This document shows positions 28,050 through 37,284 of a stretch of DNA of 64,000 nt, piece after piece. Made by a program: the position numbers and the translations under genes. The DNA is from a virus. Position 1 is the stretch's first letter; each line of letters starts with the position of its first letter. The notes below the pieces were generated by a model that worked only from the letters and a program-made list of their open reading frames with translations, had not been told where the DNA came from and searched no databases. The stretch lies in IMG/VR virus record IMGVR_UViG_3300042541_003180, positions 1-64,000 of that record; one strand, written 5' to 3'.

Positions 28050-28616
28050 TTAAAGTGGTAATTCTTCTTCCTCTTCTTCCTCTTCTTCTTTTTGACCTTG
28101 TGCAGGTTCTTGAACTTCTCCTTGTGCAGGTTCTTGAGCTTGTCCTTCAACTGGAGTTTGAGCTTGTGGCTCTTCAAATTCTCCTTCTGGAGTTTGACCT
28201 TGTGCAGGTGCTTGAGCTTCTCCTTGTACAGGTGCTTGACCTTGTGCTTGTGGTTCAGCTTGTCCTTGAGTTTGTGCTTGTGGTTCAGTTTGAACTTGTA
28301 CTTGCCCTTGTCCTTGAGTTTGAGCTTGAGTTTGACCACCCATTATTGCACCACCAGGAATTTTATCAATATCTAAAAATGTAGTAGTTACATATTTAAT
28401 TATCTCTTCAGCAATATCTACGTCTCCAAAGAACTGACGTAAGTTTTTACCAGTAGTATCTTTTACTTTTTTAACATAAGCGTTTATTAAAGACTGAGGT
28501 AAATCAATCATAGTTTTTACTTTATAAAGATCGTTAACTTGGAAAACAGATTCTTTGATAATCTCTTCTCTATTTTTTTGAATACGAAATTTTTCAAATG
28601 CTTTAACGTGTTTCAT
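28050..28616 (-). CDS. N-tagged protein with a Q/A/G/P-rich repeat and acidic tail (candidate head core/internal protein)
   Basis: MKHVKAFEKF...IIKES; (E/A)P(A/V/Q)QG repeats; poly-E C-terminus. Confidence 0.75.
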   Translation of the reverse strand: MKHVKAFEKFRIQKNREEIIKESVFQVNDLYKVKTMIDLPQSLINAYVKKVKDTTGKNLRQFFGDVDIAEEIIKYVTTTFLDIDKIPGGAIMGGQTQAQTQGQGQVQVQTEPQAQTQGQAEPQAQGQAPVQGEAQAPAQGQTPEGEFEEPQAQTPVEGQAQEPAQGEVQEPAQGQKEEEEEEEEELPL

Positions 28617-28678
28617 GTTTTTGTTTATTTTTTATATGATTTATATATTAAGTATAAAAAGTCATTTTTTGTACTTTT

Positions 28679-29188
28679 TTAGAAAACTCCTAATACTGAC
28701 AATAATAAACCAACTATTACTACGGAACCACCAATTCCACCTACAACCATCTTAGTTTTTAACCTTGATAATTGTTTATCTTTTTCATCAATTACTTGTT
28801 GTCTATTGGCTAATTGTTTTTCTAATACATTATTTTTTTCCATCCAAGCAATTATCTCACCTTGTAAAGCTTTGATTTTATCATCCTTTACTATTATTTG
28901 TTGGTCTAATTTAGTTATAGTAACATCTAATCTAGCAATTACTTCATCTTTTTCATTAACTACTTTAATACACATATCTTCATAGTCTTTCATTTCTTGT
29001 GATAGTTTTTCAAATTTTTCTAATATATTTGAATTATTATTAAGTTTCATGGCTTGTGGTATAGTCATAACTATAACTTTTTGTCCAAGTGAATCTTTTT
29101 CAAATCTTGGATATTTGATTTCTTGTGTAACTTGTGAAAACATTGTTGTGAAAATCAATGTCATTAATATTGTAAATAACTTTCTCAT
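28679..29188 (-). CDS. secreted coiled-coil protein with C-terminal TM segment (possible spanin-like lysis component)
   Basis: signal peptide, long heptad coil, GGIGGSVVIVGLLLSVLGVF. Confidence 0.55.
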   Translation of the reverse strand: MRKLFTILMTLIFTTMFSQVTQEIKYPRFEKDSLGQKVIVMTIPQAMKLNNNSNILEKFEKLSQEMKDYEDMCIKVVNEKDEVIARLDVTITKLDQQIIVKDDKIKALQGEIIAWMEKNNVLEKQLANRQQVIDEKDKQLSRLKTKMVVGGIGGSVVIVGLLLSVLGVF

Positions 29189-29191
29189 ATC

Positions 29192-29605
29192 TTATTTTAT
29201 ATTTTTTATTAAATCTTCTAAAAGTTCATCATCAGTTAGTACTTTTGGATTATTTTTCATATCTTCAATTTCCTTTCTTGTTTCTTCCATTCCACCTTTT
29301 AATTCTGTTAACTCGGCTTTGGCTTTTTCTGCATTTTGTTTTGCAATTAAAACATCAGCTTTTGCTTTTCCTACTTCAATTGCGAGTTTTTTGTCTTTCG
29401 CATCTTTTTGGTCATAGATTTCTTTCCAAGCGGCAACTTTTGCCTCAGCAGCTTCTTTTTCTTGTTCTAACTTTTTATATTTTTCTTCAAGTTCTTTAAC
29501 TTTTTCTTTAGAAGAATCATATCCTCCTAAGTACCAAGTAAGTCCAAACCCTGTAGAAGATATTAGTAAAAATAAAATAGCAATTTTTCTAAAATCAATT
29601 TTCAT
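29192..29605 (-). CDS. N-terminal TM plus coiled-coil protein (possible i-spanin-like)
   Basis: IAILFLLISSTGFGLTWYL followed by a coiled coil. Confidence 0.55.
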   Translation of the reverse strand: MKIDFRKIAILFLLISSTGFGLTWYLGGYDSSKEKVKELEEKYKKLEQEKEAAEAKVAAWKEIYDQKDAKDKKLAIEVGKAKADVLIAKQNAEKAKAELTELKGGMEETRKEIEDMKNNPKVLTDDELLEDLIKNIK

Positions 29606-29645
29606 ACTTTTATTTATTTTTTTATATATATTAAAAAATTATATA

Positions 29646-29653
29646 TATCTTTG
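29646..29653 (+). promoter_or_regulatory. TAnnTTTG element (TATCTTTG)
   Basis: heads the HAD-clpS operon. Confidence 0.5.
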
Positions 29654-29672
29654 TATAAAATTATAAAAAAAT

Positions 29673-30185
29673 ATGGAAATAAAAAAATTAGTATGTTTTG
29701 ACTTTGATGATACTTTATGTAACACAGTTAAACATGACGATGGAAAAGTTATATGGAGAGATAAGTTTGGTGTTGAATATCCTCACAGAGGATGGTGGTC
29801 AAAACCAGAAAGTTTAGATATGGATATTTTTCCAGTCACGGTAAATCCTTATGTTTACCAAGAATATTTAAAAGCAGTTTCTGATCCAGATAATTATGTT
29901 ATTTTGGCAACAGGTCGTATAGAGAAATTAAGACCAGAGGTAGAGGCAATTTTAGATAATCTGAACTTAGCATTTGATGCAGTTTATTTAAACACAGGTG
30001 GTGATACTTTTACCTTTAAAAGAAGATTATTTGAAAAAATGATTTCAAAGGTTAATCCACAAGAATTTATAATGTATGACGACCGTTACGAGCATTTAGA
30101 GGAATTTGAGAAATGGGCTAAAACAATTGACTGTCGAATTACTATAATAGACGTAAAGAACAAAACAACAAAAATATTCAAATAA
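29673..30185 (+). CDS. HAD phosphatase (Swiss-army-knife RNA-repair type)
   Basis: FDFDDTL, WWSKPESL, LATGR, MYDDR. Confidence 0.8.
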   Translation: MEIKKLVCFDFDDTLCNTVKHDDGKVIWRDKFGVEYPHRGWWSKPESLDMDIFPVTVNPYVYQEYLKAVSDPDNYVILATGRIEKLRPEVEAILDNLNLAFDAVYLNTGGDTFTFKRRLFEKMISKVNPQEFIMYDDRYEHLEEFEKWAKTIDCRITIIDVKNKTTKIFK

Positions 30186-30188
30186 GAT

Positions 30189-30473
30189 ATGCCAACTATT
30201 ACTAAGAAAAAAACACAATCTAAAGTACAGGAGATTTTATCTAAACCTTACAAACTAATACTTCATAATGATGATTATAACTCATTTGATTGGGTTATTG
30301 AATGTCTTATGAAAGTATGTAAGCATGAATATGAACAAGCAACACAATGTGCTCATATTGTTCACAATAATGGTAAGTGTGATGTTAAGTATGGTGACTT
30401 AGAAACCATTTCAGAAATGAAGAATTTACTAAAATCGGCGGGACTCTCAGTCACTATGGAAGTGAATGAATAA
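30189..30473 (+). CDS. clpS: ATP-dependent Clp protease adaptor ClpS
   Basis: LILHNDDYNSFDWVI..L, EQA.QCA.IVH..GKC.VK.G. Confidence 0.92.
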   Translation: MPTITKKKTQSKVQEILSKPYKLILHNDDYNSFDWVIECLMKVCKHEYEQATQCAHIVHNNGKCDVKYGDLETISEMKNLLKSAGLSVTMEVNE

Positions 30474-30501
30474 AAAAAGACATCTGATGATGTCTTTTTT
30501 T
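30472..30501. terminator. bidirectional intrinsic terminator
   Basis: AAAAAAGACATC-tgat-GATGTCTTTTTT. Confidence 0.75.
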
Positions 30502-32647
30502 ATTTACTACCACTATTAAACCAGTTTATACCCGTACTATTAACATCATTAACAGTTTTATTTCTACCTAAAACTTTTCTTCTAACACTTAATAATTGTG
30601 AATAATCAACAGTTTCACTATATTCAAGATTTTTTAAGCAATCTTCAACATGGTTCTTAAATGTAGGATCTTTTTGTAAAGTATCTTCAACCATTTCTTT
30701 AAAATCATTTTTTGAAAATATTGAAGTTGTATTAACAATAGTCATTACACAATCATCGTGTCCTACATCAGCAGCATACCTGGTATTACCAGCAGTTGTT
30801 GTGTGTTTAACAAATGTTGTAATCTCTCTAACAGTTTCTTCATTATTAATAGAGAATCCTTTAGAAATCATTAAATCTTGATAATCTTTAACCATCATAT
30901 TTTTATTCTCACCTACTTTTAATCCAACTTTTTCTTCAGTTGCATCTGCTCTATGTTTATATCTAAAGAAAATAGATGAACCATATTGATTATTACCATC
31001 AAAAACGTGTGGTAACTCAGCTAATAAGGTATTACCATAGTTATTTAACTCTAAAACTATTTTAACATTATCTGGATTGAAGTATTCAAAGGCTAATATG
31101 TAAAGTATTTCAGCTAATTGTTTAACTGAGATTAAATTACTTCTAAATAAACCAAATTGTTCCAATCTAATAAAGTCGGTAACTGATTTATAGGAAGCTT
31201 TCTGTGATTCAATTAAATCCATATCTTTTTTAGATATTTTAAATATGTTCATAATAGAATAATCTTGTCCTAATCCTTCAGATATATCGACTGATATAAT
31301 AACCTTCTCAGTTTTTCTATTAATAGGTAGAAATATTTCATCATCATCAACCCATCTCAAATCTTTATAGCTAAATCTTAGTTTATTTTCAAATTCAAAA
31401 ATCTCTTCAAACTTATAATTTTTCTTATTATTTAAAAGACTATCAATAATGGCTTCGTTTAATAACGATTTACTTGAGTTAATAAAACGTAATCCATATT
31501 CTTGGTTAAACGCATCTTCACCACCAATATCTTTTACTGCTTCTTCTTTCCAAGTTGTCATCTCACCAATAGCTCTTAAAGGAACTTCAAATCCTTTTGA
31601 ATCAATGAAAGTTAGATTTTTAACATCTTCATCAGTACATTGTTCATTATTAAATACTGATATAATATCTTTTTGGAAATCTGAATTGAATCCCATATGA
31701 GTTTTAGTTATTTTCTCTGGATATCTTTGTTTAATACCTTCAAATATTTCTTCTTTAGTTACACCGTGTTCATATAATCTATGATTATTTAATCTTAGAT
31801 AAGTAACAAATCTACCGGGAACTTGATGCCAGTAAACCCTCATAGGTTTATAGTTATTTTTAAGTGGATCTCCTTCCGGTCTCTCTGCATCGGTTAACAA
31901 CTTGTGGAATAAATTCATACCATTTGGTGTTGATGTAATAATAATCTTTGAGTTTTGTACTGCAGACACGGTTGGATAAGCTGCTGTATAGTAAGGTTCT
32001 ATAATATTTGATGGAATGTGTGCAAACTCATCAAGATAAAGTACGTCAATGGTAAAACCGATTGCTGGTGTTTTAGATCTTGCAGATGTTTTTATTCTAC
32101 ATCCATTCTCAAATGTTAGAGACTTTTGATTCCAAGTTTTAATACCTGGTTTTAAAAAGAATGGTAGTAATGAGTAGATGGATTTAATTTTATCTACAAT
32201 CTCTACTGCGGTATCTCCTTTATTTGCAACAATCATTATATTCTTATCATTGCTAAATAAGATAGTATGCAACATGAAGATTGATGCTGAGATTGTTTTA
32301 CCAACCTGACGAGAAGCCATTAAAATATTAAATCTACTATTAACGAAGTTATCTAATATTTCTTTTTGGTATTCTCTTAGTTTAATGTTATTTATCGAAC
32401 CATCTTCAGTTTTCACTTTACAATATGTTTCTGTAAAGTAATGTACATCTAATGCACACTTAATATACTCTGCTTGTTCTTCTGGAGACATTCTAAATGA
32501 AACCCCTGCTCTTCTTAGACCTACCTCAGATTTTAACCAAGGATTTTGGTATCTTTTTATAACGATACCGTCATTGATTTTATCAGAAGCTTCATCTACC
32601 AGACGAGTGGTAAATATCATTTGTTTCTCTATTATTTCTTTTGCCAT
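30500..32647 (-). CDS. terL: terminase large subunit (T4 gp17-like)
   Basis: LREYQ Q-motif, SRQVGKT Walker A, LDEFAH Walker B, ITSTPNG, FNQEY, VDISEG.G.DYS, HDDCV. Confidence 0.95.
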   Translation of the reverse strand: MAKEIIEKQMIFTTRLVDEASDKINDGIVIKRYQNPWLKSEVGLRRAGVSFRMSPEEQAEYIKCALDVHYFTETYCKVKTEDGSINNIKLREYQKEILDNFVNSRFNILMASRQVGKTISASIFMLHTILFSNDKNIMIVANKGDTAVEIVDKIKSIYSLLPFFLKPGIKTWNQKSLTFENGCRIKTSARSKTPAIGFTIDVLYLDEFAHIPSNIIEPYYTAAYPTVSAVQNSKIIITSTPNGMNLFHKLLTDAERPEGDPLKNNYKPMRVYWHQVPGRFVTYLRLNNHRLYEHGVTKEEIFEGIKQRYPEKITKTHMGFNSDFQKDIISVFNNEQCTDEDVKNLTFIDSKGFEVPLRAIGEMTTWKEEAVKDIGGEDAFNQEYGLRFINSSKSLLNEAIIDSLLNNKKNYKFEEIFEFENKLRFSYKDLRWVDDDEIFLPINRKTEKVIISVDISEGLGQDYSIMNIFKISKKDMDLIESQKASYKSVTDFIRLEQFGLFRSNLISVKQLAEILYILAFEYFNPDNVKIVLELNNYGNTLLAELPHVFDGNNQYGSSIFFRYKHRADATEEKVGLKVGENKNMMVKDYQDLMISKGFSINNEETVREITTFVKHTTTAGNTRYAADVGHDDCVMTIVNTTSIFSKNDFKEMVEDTLQKDPTFKNHVEDCLKNLEYSETVDYSQLLSVRRKVLGRNKTVNDVNSTGINWFNSGSK

Positions 32648-32695
32648 AAATTGGACTTTACTTTTTTTATATATATTGTAAAAAACCGTTTACTT

Positions 32696-33319
32696 ATGTC
32701 AAAAAGTGAAGAACAAAGAATTAGACTACAAGATGAATTCGATCAAATCCAGTCAGAAAACTCGGAATTCGACATTTCTCTACACTTAGCCAAGCCAGAA
32801 GATTTACCTGATTTAGGTGAAATCGAGATATATGATTATGATGCTGATTTAACTGTGGCAACACAACAATCAATGGATGTATTAGAATCATTGGTTGATT
32901 TATATCTAAGTGATATACCAAAATTAAAAGAACATTCTTATATTAGAAATAAGATGAGAGAAGACGCTATGGTTTACGCTGAAGCAATTTTCTTATCAAA
33001 GATGACTAGAAAAAACTTTCTATCTCAATTGAGACAAGTTGATAATGGTGATAACGCAGCAAGAATGCATGAAGTTGTCAATCAAACAATTGGTCAAATT
33101 AGAGAGAATGGTAAGTTTTTATCAAATCAAAGAACTGAATTAGAGAAGTTCTATAAAACATTAAGAAAAGACTTAGGTTATAACGAAATTGAAAACCCTG
33201 AAGTTAAACAAGCTGAGGCAGAAAGTCAAGCTGATACATCTACTGATGGTTTGGTTACAAATAATCGAGATCTAAATGAAATGATTAAGAATGCGATGAG
33301 TAAGAAAGATGAGAAATAA
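32696..33319 (+). CDS. putative terminase small subunit (T4 gp16-like; start revised from 32546)
   Basis: divergent from terL; helical, ARMHEVV resembles the gp16-type PRxxEV motif; acidic tail. Confidence 0.5.
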   Translation: MSKSEEQRIRLQDEFDQIQSENSEFDISLHLAKPEDLPDLGEIEIYDYDADLTVATQQSMDVLESLVDLYLSDIPKLKEHSYIRNKMREDAMVYAEAIFLSKMTRKNFLSQLRQVDNGDNAARMHEVVNQTIGQIRENGKFLSNQRTELEKFYKTLRKDLGYNEIENPEVKQAEAESQADTSTDGLVTNNRDLNEMIKNAMSKKDEK

Positions 33320-33350
33320 AAAAAAGACTAACATTTGTTAGTCTTTTTTT
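33318..33350. terminator. bidirectional intrinsic terminator
   Basis: AAAAAGACTAACA-tt-TGTTAGTCTTTTT. Confidence 0.75.
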
Positions 33351-33352
33351 AT

Positions 33353-33928
33353 TTATCTTCTACCATTTGGATTTTGTTCTTGTGCTAGTAATGTATTTAG
33401 ACGATCTTGAAACTCAGTTCTAATAGGCTCACGTGCGGCAACTTCTCCGGTTACATCACGTCTTTCTATTAGATCATAAACTTTTGTAAGTTCGGCAACC
33501 ACCTGCATCGCACTCATTTGTCTAGGTTCATAATCCCAGATTTGAGTTCTTAGATAATCTCTATTTTTAAAGTTATATAAAGGAGCTTTTTTACTTACTT
33601 CTTGTTTATAGATTTGTAAAGTTGGATATTTCTCTTTAACTTTCTTTAAATCTTTCAATTTTGAAATAACTTTTTTTCTTTCAACATCAGTAATATCTCT
33701 CTTTCTTGAAATATTTTCTAATGTAGTTATTAAAGTATCAATATTTGCATAAATGTCTAAAAGTCTTTCTTTGATTACCTTTGAAATGGTTCTACCACCA
33801 ACAAACTGCATTGTTAATAATCCAAGTATAGTTATAGGAAATGATAAAATAGATTTTATTATTCCTCCTAGTGATTCGTTTATTTCTTCTCCTTGAGAGA
33901 ATGATTCAAATGTTTTAATGTTTTTCAT
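33353..33928 (-). CDS. N-tagged protein with a hydrophobic helix after an INE site
   Basis: MKNIKTFESF...INE|SLGGIIKSILSFPITILGLL. Confidence 0.7.
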   Translation of the reverse strand: MKNIKTFESFSQGEEINESLGGIIKSILSFPITILGLLTMQFVGGRTISKVIKERLLDIYANIDTLITTLENISRKRDITDVERKKVISKLKDLKKVKEKYPTLQIYKQEVSKKAPLYNFKNRDYLRTQIWDYEPRQMSAMQVVAELTKVYDLIERRDVTGEVAAREPIRTEFQDRLNTLLAQEQNPNGRR

Positions 33929-33938
33929 ACATTATATA

Positions 33939-34856
33939 TTATTTTTTATAATTAAAATTTTCAAAGGTTCTTACAATTTTATGTAGATTTAACTCTACTT
34001 TTGTTGTAATAAATGTATTTACCTTATTGAATGTAACTTGATTTATAATCAATTCACACTCTTCCATTTTAAGTACTTCTTTTACTTTCTCTTTAACTTC
34101 ATCATCACTGTTCTTAACTAAGAATTGAAGCACATCATTTACACCTTTAGCTAGTTTGACTGTATTAAGATCATCGTCATATAAAGAAACTTCATCATAT
34201 TTAGTTATTTCTTCTTCTGTAAACTTCGTATCAGCGGTTTTTAAACCAATTATATGTTGGAGTACCAATCTCACTTTTTTGTGTACTATATCGTCTCTAT
34301 CTCTGTTATAGAATGTTTCTGATATGTAATAGAAGTTCTTTATTTTTAATCCAAAGTCTAATAATTTTTCTTCTAACTTTTCAATTAGTGATTCATAACT
34401 TCTTTTAGAGTTTTTAGAACAAATAACATAGATGTCGTCTTGACTATTTTTAAGATGTCTAATATTTTCTAAGTGTATTGTAAAGTCACCATTATCAATT
34501 ATGTCTTTACTCATAAATTCCTGCATTGAGAATGCTAAATCTGATACATCTACATTGGCATTTTTTGCTTTAATTTTAATTCTGTTTAAAAGTTCTTCAC
34601 TGAACCAATAAGATTCCCCAGACATATCAAATTTGATATTATCTTTTCTATAAACACCTTTTCTTAAAAGGTTAAATTCTGATTTAGATATTCTTAACAA
34701 AGGTTTATTAGGATTTAGTTTATTAACTATCCAAACTTTACTATTCATAGTAATTAAACTGTTAAGGTCAAAGAAATGTGCATTCATTAGTGAGTTTTTG
34801 TTTTTATTACCAGAATGATCCACCTGGATGTCTGTGAGATTTTTTATCATAATCAT
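33939..34856 (-). CDS. degenerate HAD-like protein with a tag-like motif at the C-terminus
   Basis: HFFDLNSLI, YVICSK, SLYDDD; ends KIVRTFENFNYKK; true start is probably the later MNAHFFD. Confidence 0.55.
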   Translation of the reverse strand: MIMIKNLTDIQVDHSGNKNKNSLMNAHFFDLNSLITMNSKVWIVNKLNPNKPLLRISKSEFNLLRKGVYRKDNIKFDMSGESYWFSEELLNRIKIKAKNANVDVSDLAFSMQEFMSKDIIDNGDFTIHLENIRHLKNSQDDIYVICSKNSKRSYESLIEKLEEKLLDFGLKIKNFYYISETFYNRDRDDIVHKKVRLVLQHIIGLKTADTKFTEEEITKYDEVSLYDDDLNTVKLAKGVNDVLQFLVKNSDDEVKEKVKEVLKMEECELIINQVTFNKVNTFITTKVELNLHKIVRTFENFNYKK

Positions 34857-35226
34857 CCTTTAAATAAACTTCCGCAGATTTACCTTTCTCGTCAAATACA
34901 AGTTTTATACTATCTCCTGCCTTTGGTGTATCTTCTCTCCAAAATCCATTTGGATATATAGTAGTTTCTATTTTATTGCCATTATTATCAATGAATTGAA
35001 TTCTTAATTTACCCTTACTATGTCTTTCTATATCTTTTATAGTACCAGTAGATGTTTTATTTGCATAATCTATATTTTCAATATCATTACCATTTTTATC
35101 TTCTATACCAACAAAGGTACAAGAACCAAATAATAGACCAAGTGCCGCAACCATACCGGTTGCCACTGATCTTAATCCTTCATCAATATTTTCAAAATCT
35201 TCATTATATTTTTTAATGTATTTCAT
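34807..35226 (-). CDS. N-tagged protein with a signal-like segment after an IDE site
   Basis: MKYIKKYNE...IDE|GLRSVATGMVAALGLLFGSC. Confidence 0.7.
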   Translation of the reverse strand: MKYIKKYNEDFENIDEGLRSVATGMVAALGLLFGSCTFVGIEDKNGNDIENIDYANKTSTGTIKDIERHSKGKLRIQFIDNNGNKIETTIYPNGFWREDTPKAGDSIKLVFDEKGKSAEVYLKDDYDKKSHRHPGGSFW

Positions 35227-35255
35227 AAAAGTTTATTTTTTTATATATATTAAAT

Positions 35256-35283
35256 AAAAAAACTCACTAAAAAGTGAGTTTTT
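35256..35283 (-). terminator. intrinsic terminator
   Basis: AAAAACTCACT-aaaa-AGTGAGTTTTT. Confidence 0.7.
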
Positions 35284-35289
35284 AATTTT

Positions 35290-35745
35290 TTATCTTAATA
35301 ATTTTCTACTTAGTGCAAAATCATATAATACTGGTAAGTTTAAGTATTCTATAAAGTGTTTTCTCATTTCTTCCAGTGTTCTAGATCTATTTATTATACT
35401 TATTACTAAAAATCCAAACTCTTCTTGAAACTCTAAATAACAATCACACCAAGGTCTGTTATAATGTTCTAATGTTTTCCATTCTCTTTCACCACCTGAT
35501 AACCAGTATAAACTTTTTTCTGGTGATACATTATCTGTATCTATATCTCTAGTTTCTAGTTGCCAAATTGGATCATTTGCATCACAATTTCTTAATAATA
35601 ATGAAACTGCCTCACCTAAATCTGTCGTTAACTCTTTTCCTATTTCAAAGAACCATTCATTTCCTTCTCTGCTTATTATAATTGTGTTATTGTCATAAAT
35701 AATTTTAGTTCCAATTTCTTTCAGTAAAGTTCTTTTTCTTTTCAT
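35290..35745 (-). CDS. hypothetical protein
   Basis: ORF in a co-oriented run. Confidence 0.65.
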   Translation of the reverse strand: MKRKRTLLKEIGTKIIYDNNTIIISREGNEWFFEIGKELTTDLGEAVSLLLRNCDANDPIWQLETRDIDTDNVSPEKSLYWLSGGEREWKTLEHYNRPWCDCYLEFQEEFGFLVISIINRSRTLEEMRKHFIEYLNLPVLYDFALSRKLLR

Positions 35746-35764
35746 AGTAATTAATTATTTTTAT

Positions 35765-36055
35765 CTAGATAGGTTTGTTTAACCCACTCTTCCAAGTTCC
35801 TTTGAAGACTCCTTTCTCCCAAATACCATTCTCCCACGTTCCATAGAATCCACCATTTTTAAATATGCCGTATTTCCAATTACCAAATTTATAAATACCT
35901 TCGTGCCAAATTAAAGTATCTTTCTTAATTTCTACAATAGCATCTTCAACCTCAGAATCAATTAGCCAATTGAATCCCAGTTCTTTTAATTTCTTTAAAA
36001 TTTCTGATTTTGTTGTGATAGATTTATCGTTATACTTAAATTCTTTAATTCCCAT
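35765..36055 (-). CDS. small protein with G-x-(W/F)-x-x pentapeptide repeats
   Basis: WHEGIYKFGNWKYGIFKNGGFYGTWENGIWEKGVFKGTWKSG. Confidence 0.7.
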   Translation of the reverse strand: MGIKEFKYNDKSITTKSEILKKLKELGFNWLIDSEVEDAIVEIKKDTLIWHEGIYKFGNWKYGIFKNGGFYGTWENGIWEKGVFKGTWKSGLNKPI

Positions 36056-36170
36056 TTTGAATAATCTTTTTACGAGTATATATATTTTTTAACGTCTGAC
36101 ATTCTTTTTCTTTTTCTCTAATTTTTACTTAAAAATGAAGATTTTACTTTGAAAAAAAATAAAATAAATG

Positions 36171-36198
36171 AAAAAACCGAGATAGTTCTCGGTTTTTT
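36171..36198 (-). terminator. intrinsic terminator
   Basis: AAAAAACCGAGA-tagt-TCTCGGTTTTTT. Confidence 0.75.
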
Positions 36199-36772
36199 AT
36201 AATAATTTGAATATAACATTTACTTCAGAAGTTATTATATCAAAAGATAATTTTTCAAAATCTTCTTTACTTAGTTTATGTGACTTCCCTTCAGTTGTAA
36301 GATCTCTCATGTTTGGTAAAGGTATTTCTTCATCATCTCCATACATAAGTTTCATTTGTTCTTTATAAATAAAATAAACATCTAATATATTATAATGTTT
36401 CATAACACGATCTACCATAAATAGTAATTGATCTTTAACATCATCAATAATAAATTTAGTTTCTTCTATACCACCTTCATCACCATGTCTAACTTGTTTC
36501 TGTACTCTAATTCTAGCTTCTGTTTTTCTCTCACCATGTATAGTTTCACCACTATGTCCTCTTTCAAATGAGCTTTCTACAAATGATATAGTTATAGTAA
36601 AGTCATCCTGTAAATAAGTAATAGAATCCAGTATAAACTCTTTAAATTTGGATTGTTTTTCTTCTGAACCAGTTAGGTTATTTTCGGTATTGGGTTCTTG
36701 TTCTTTGATTTTATCTTTTATAAATGTTTTAACCTTATTGATAAATCCTTCGTGTGTTTGTAAATACTTCAT
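36197..36772 (-). CDS. N-tagged hypothetical protein (paralogue of 36775..37272)
   Basis: MKYLQTHEG; YLQDD..F.I, F...DVKD.LL, S.E.FE.LS shared with its neighbour. Confidence 0.7.
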   Translation of the reverse strand: MKYLQTHEGFINKVKTFIKDKIKEQEPNTENNLTGSEEKQSKFKEFILDSITYLQDDFTITISFVESSFERGHSGETIHGERKTEARIRVQKQVRHGDEGGIEETKFIIDDVKDQLLFMVDRVMKHYNILDVYFIYKEQMKLMYGDDEEIPLPNMRDLTTEGKSHKLSKEDFEKLSFDIITSEVNVIFKLL

Positions 36773-36774
36773 AA

Positions 36775-37272
36775 TTAATATATTTTTATAAGAAAAGTTA
36801 CTTCTTCAACTTCATCATTATCTGATAATTCTTCAAACTCTTCTATTGATACTTTTTCTTCTTTTATTTTAGCTAACATTTTAACCTTATCATAAGTTTT
36901 TTCAACTAATTGTGATGTTAGTAAAATAAAATCTTTAATTTCTGATAATTTAAAACTTTCTTTTTCGGTTCTACTAATATTTACTCTAAATATAGTTTTG
37001 TATTTACCTGTAACTAATTCACCTTCTTTATTTACATAAATATCATTTTCACTAAATCCAACTAATATATTAAATCTATCATCATCTGAGAGATAAGATA
37101 CTTCATTTCTAATTAATTGTGATAAATCTTTTTTTGGAAAGTCGTCTGGTAGAGTAGGTTTTAATTCAAATAAAATACCAACTAGTTCAACAACTTCTTG
37201 AGTATCAAGATCTTCGGGTCTAGTATATTTTATTTTACCGGAGAAGTTCTCATATAATTTTAAGTTTTTCAT
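36775..37272 (-). CDS. N-tagged hypothetical protein
   Basis: MKNLKLYENF. Confidence 0.7.
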   Translation of the reverse strand: MKNLKLYENFSGKIKYTRPEDLDTQEVVELVGILFELKPTLPDDFPKKDLSQLIRNEVSYLSDDDRFNILVGFSENDIYVNKEGELVTGKYKTIFRVNISRTEKESFKLSEIKDFILLTSQLVEKTYDKVKMLAKIKEEKVSIEEFEELSDNDEVEEVTFLIKIY

Positions 37273-37284
37273 ATGAGTATATAT

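Noticed and set aside
28025-28384. Overlapping ORFs 28025+, 28043- and 28092+ with Leu/Lys/Ser periodicity
   Set aside because: They are alternative-frame shadows of the low-complexity Q/A/G/P repeat in 28050..28616.
30500-32647. Intein or intron in terminase
   Set aside because: The ORF is continuous, with no intein terminal motifs or homing-endonuclease motifs.
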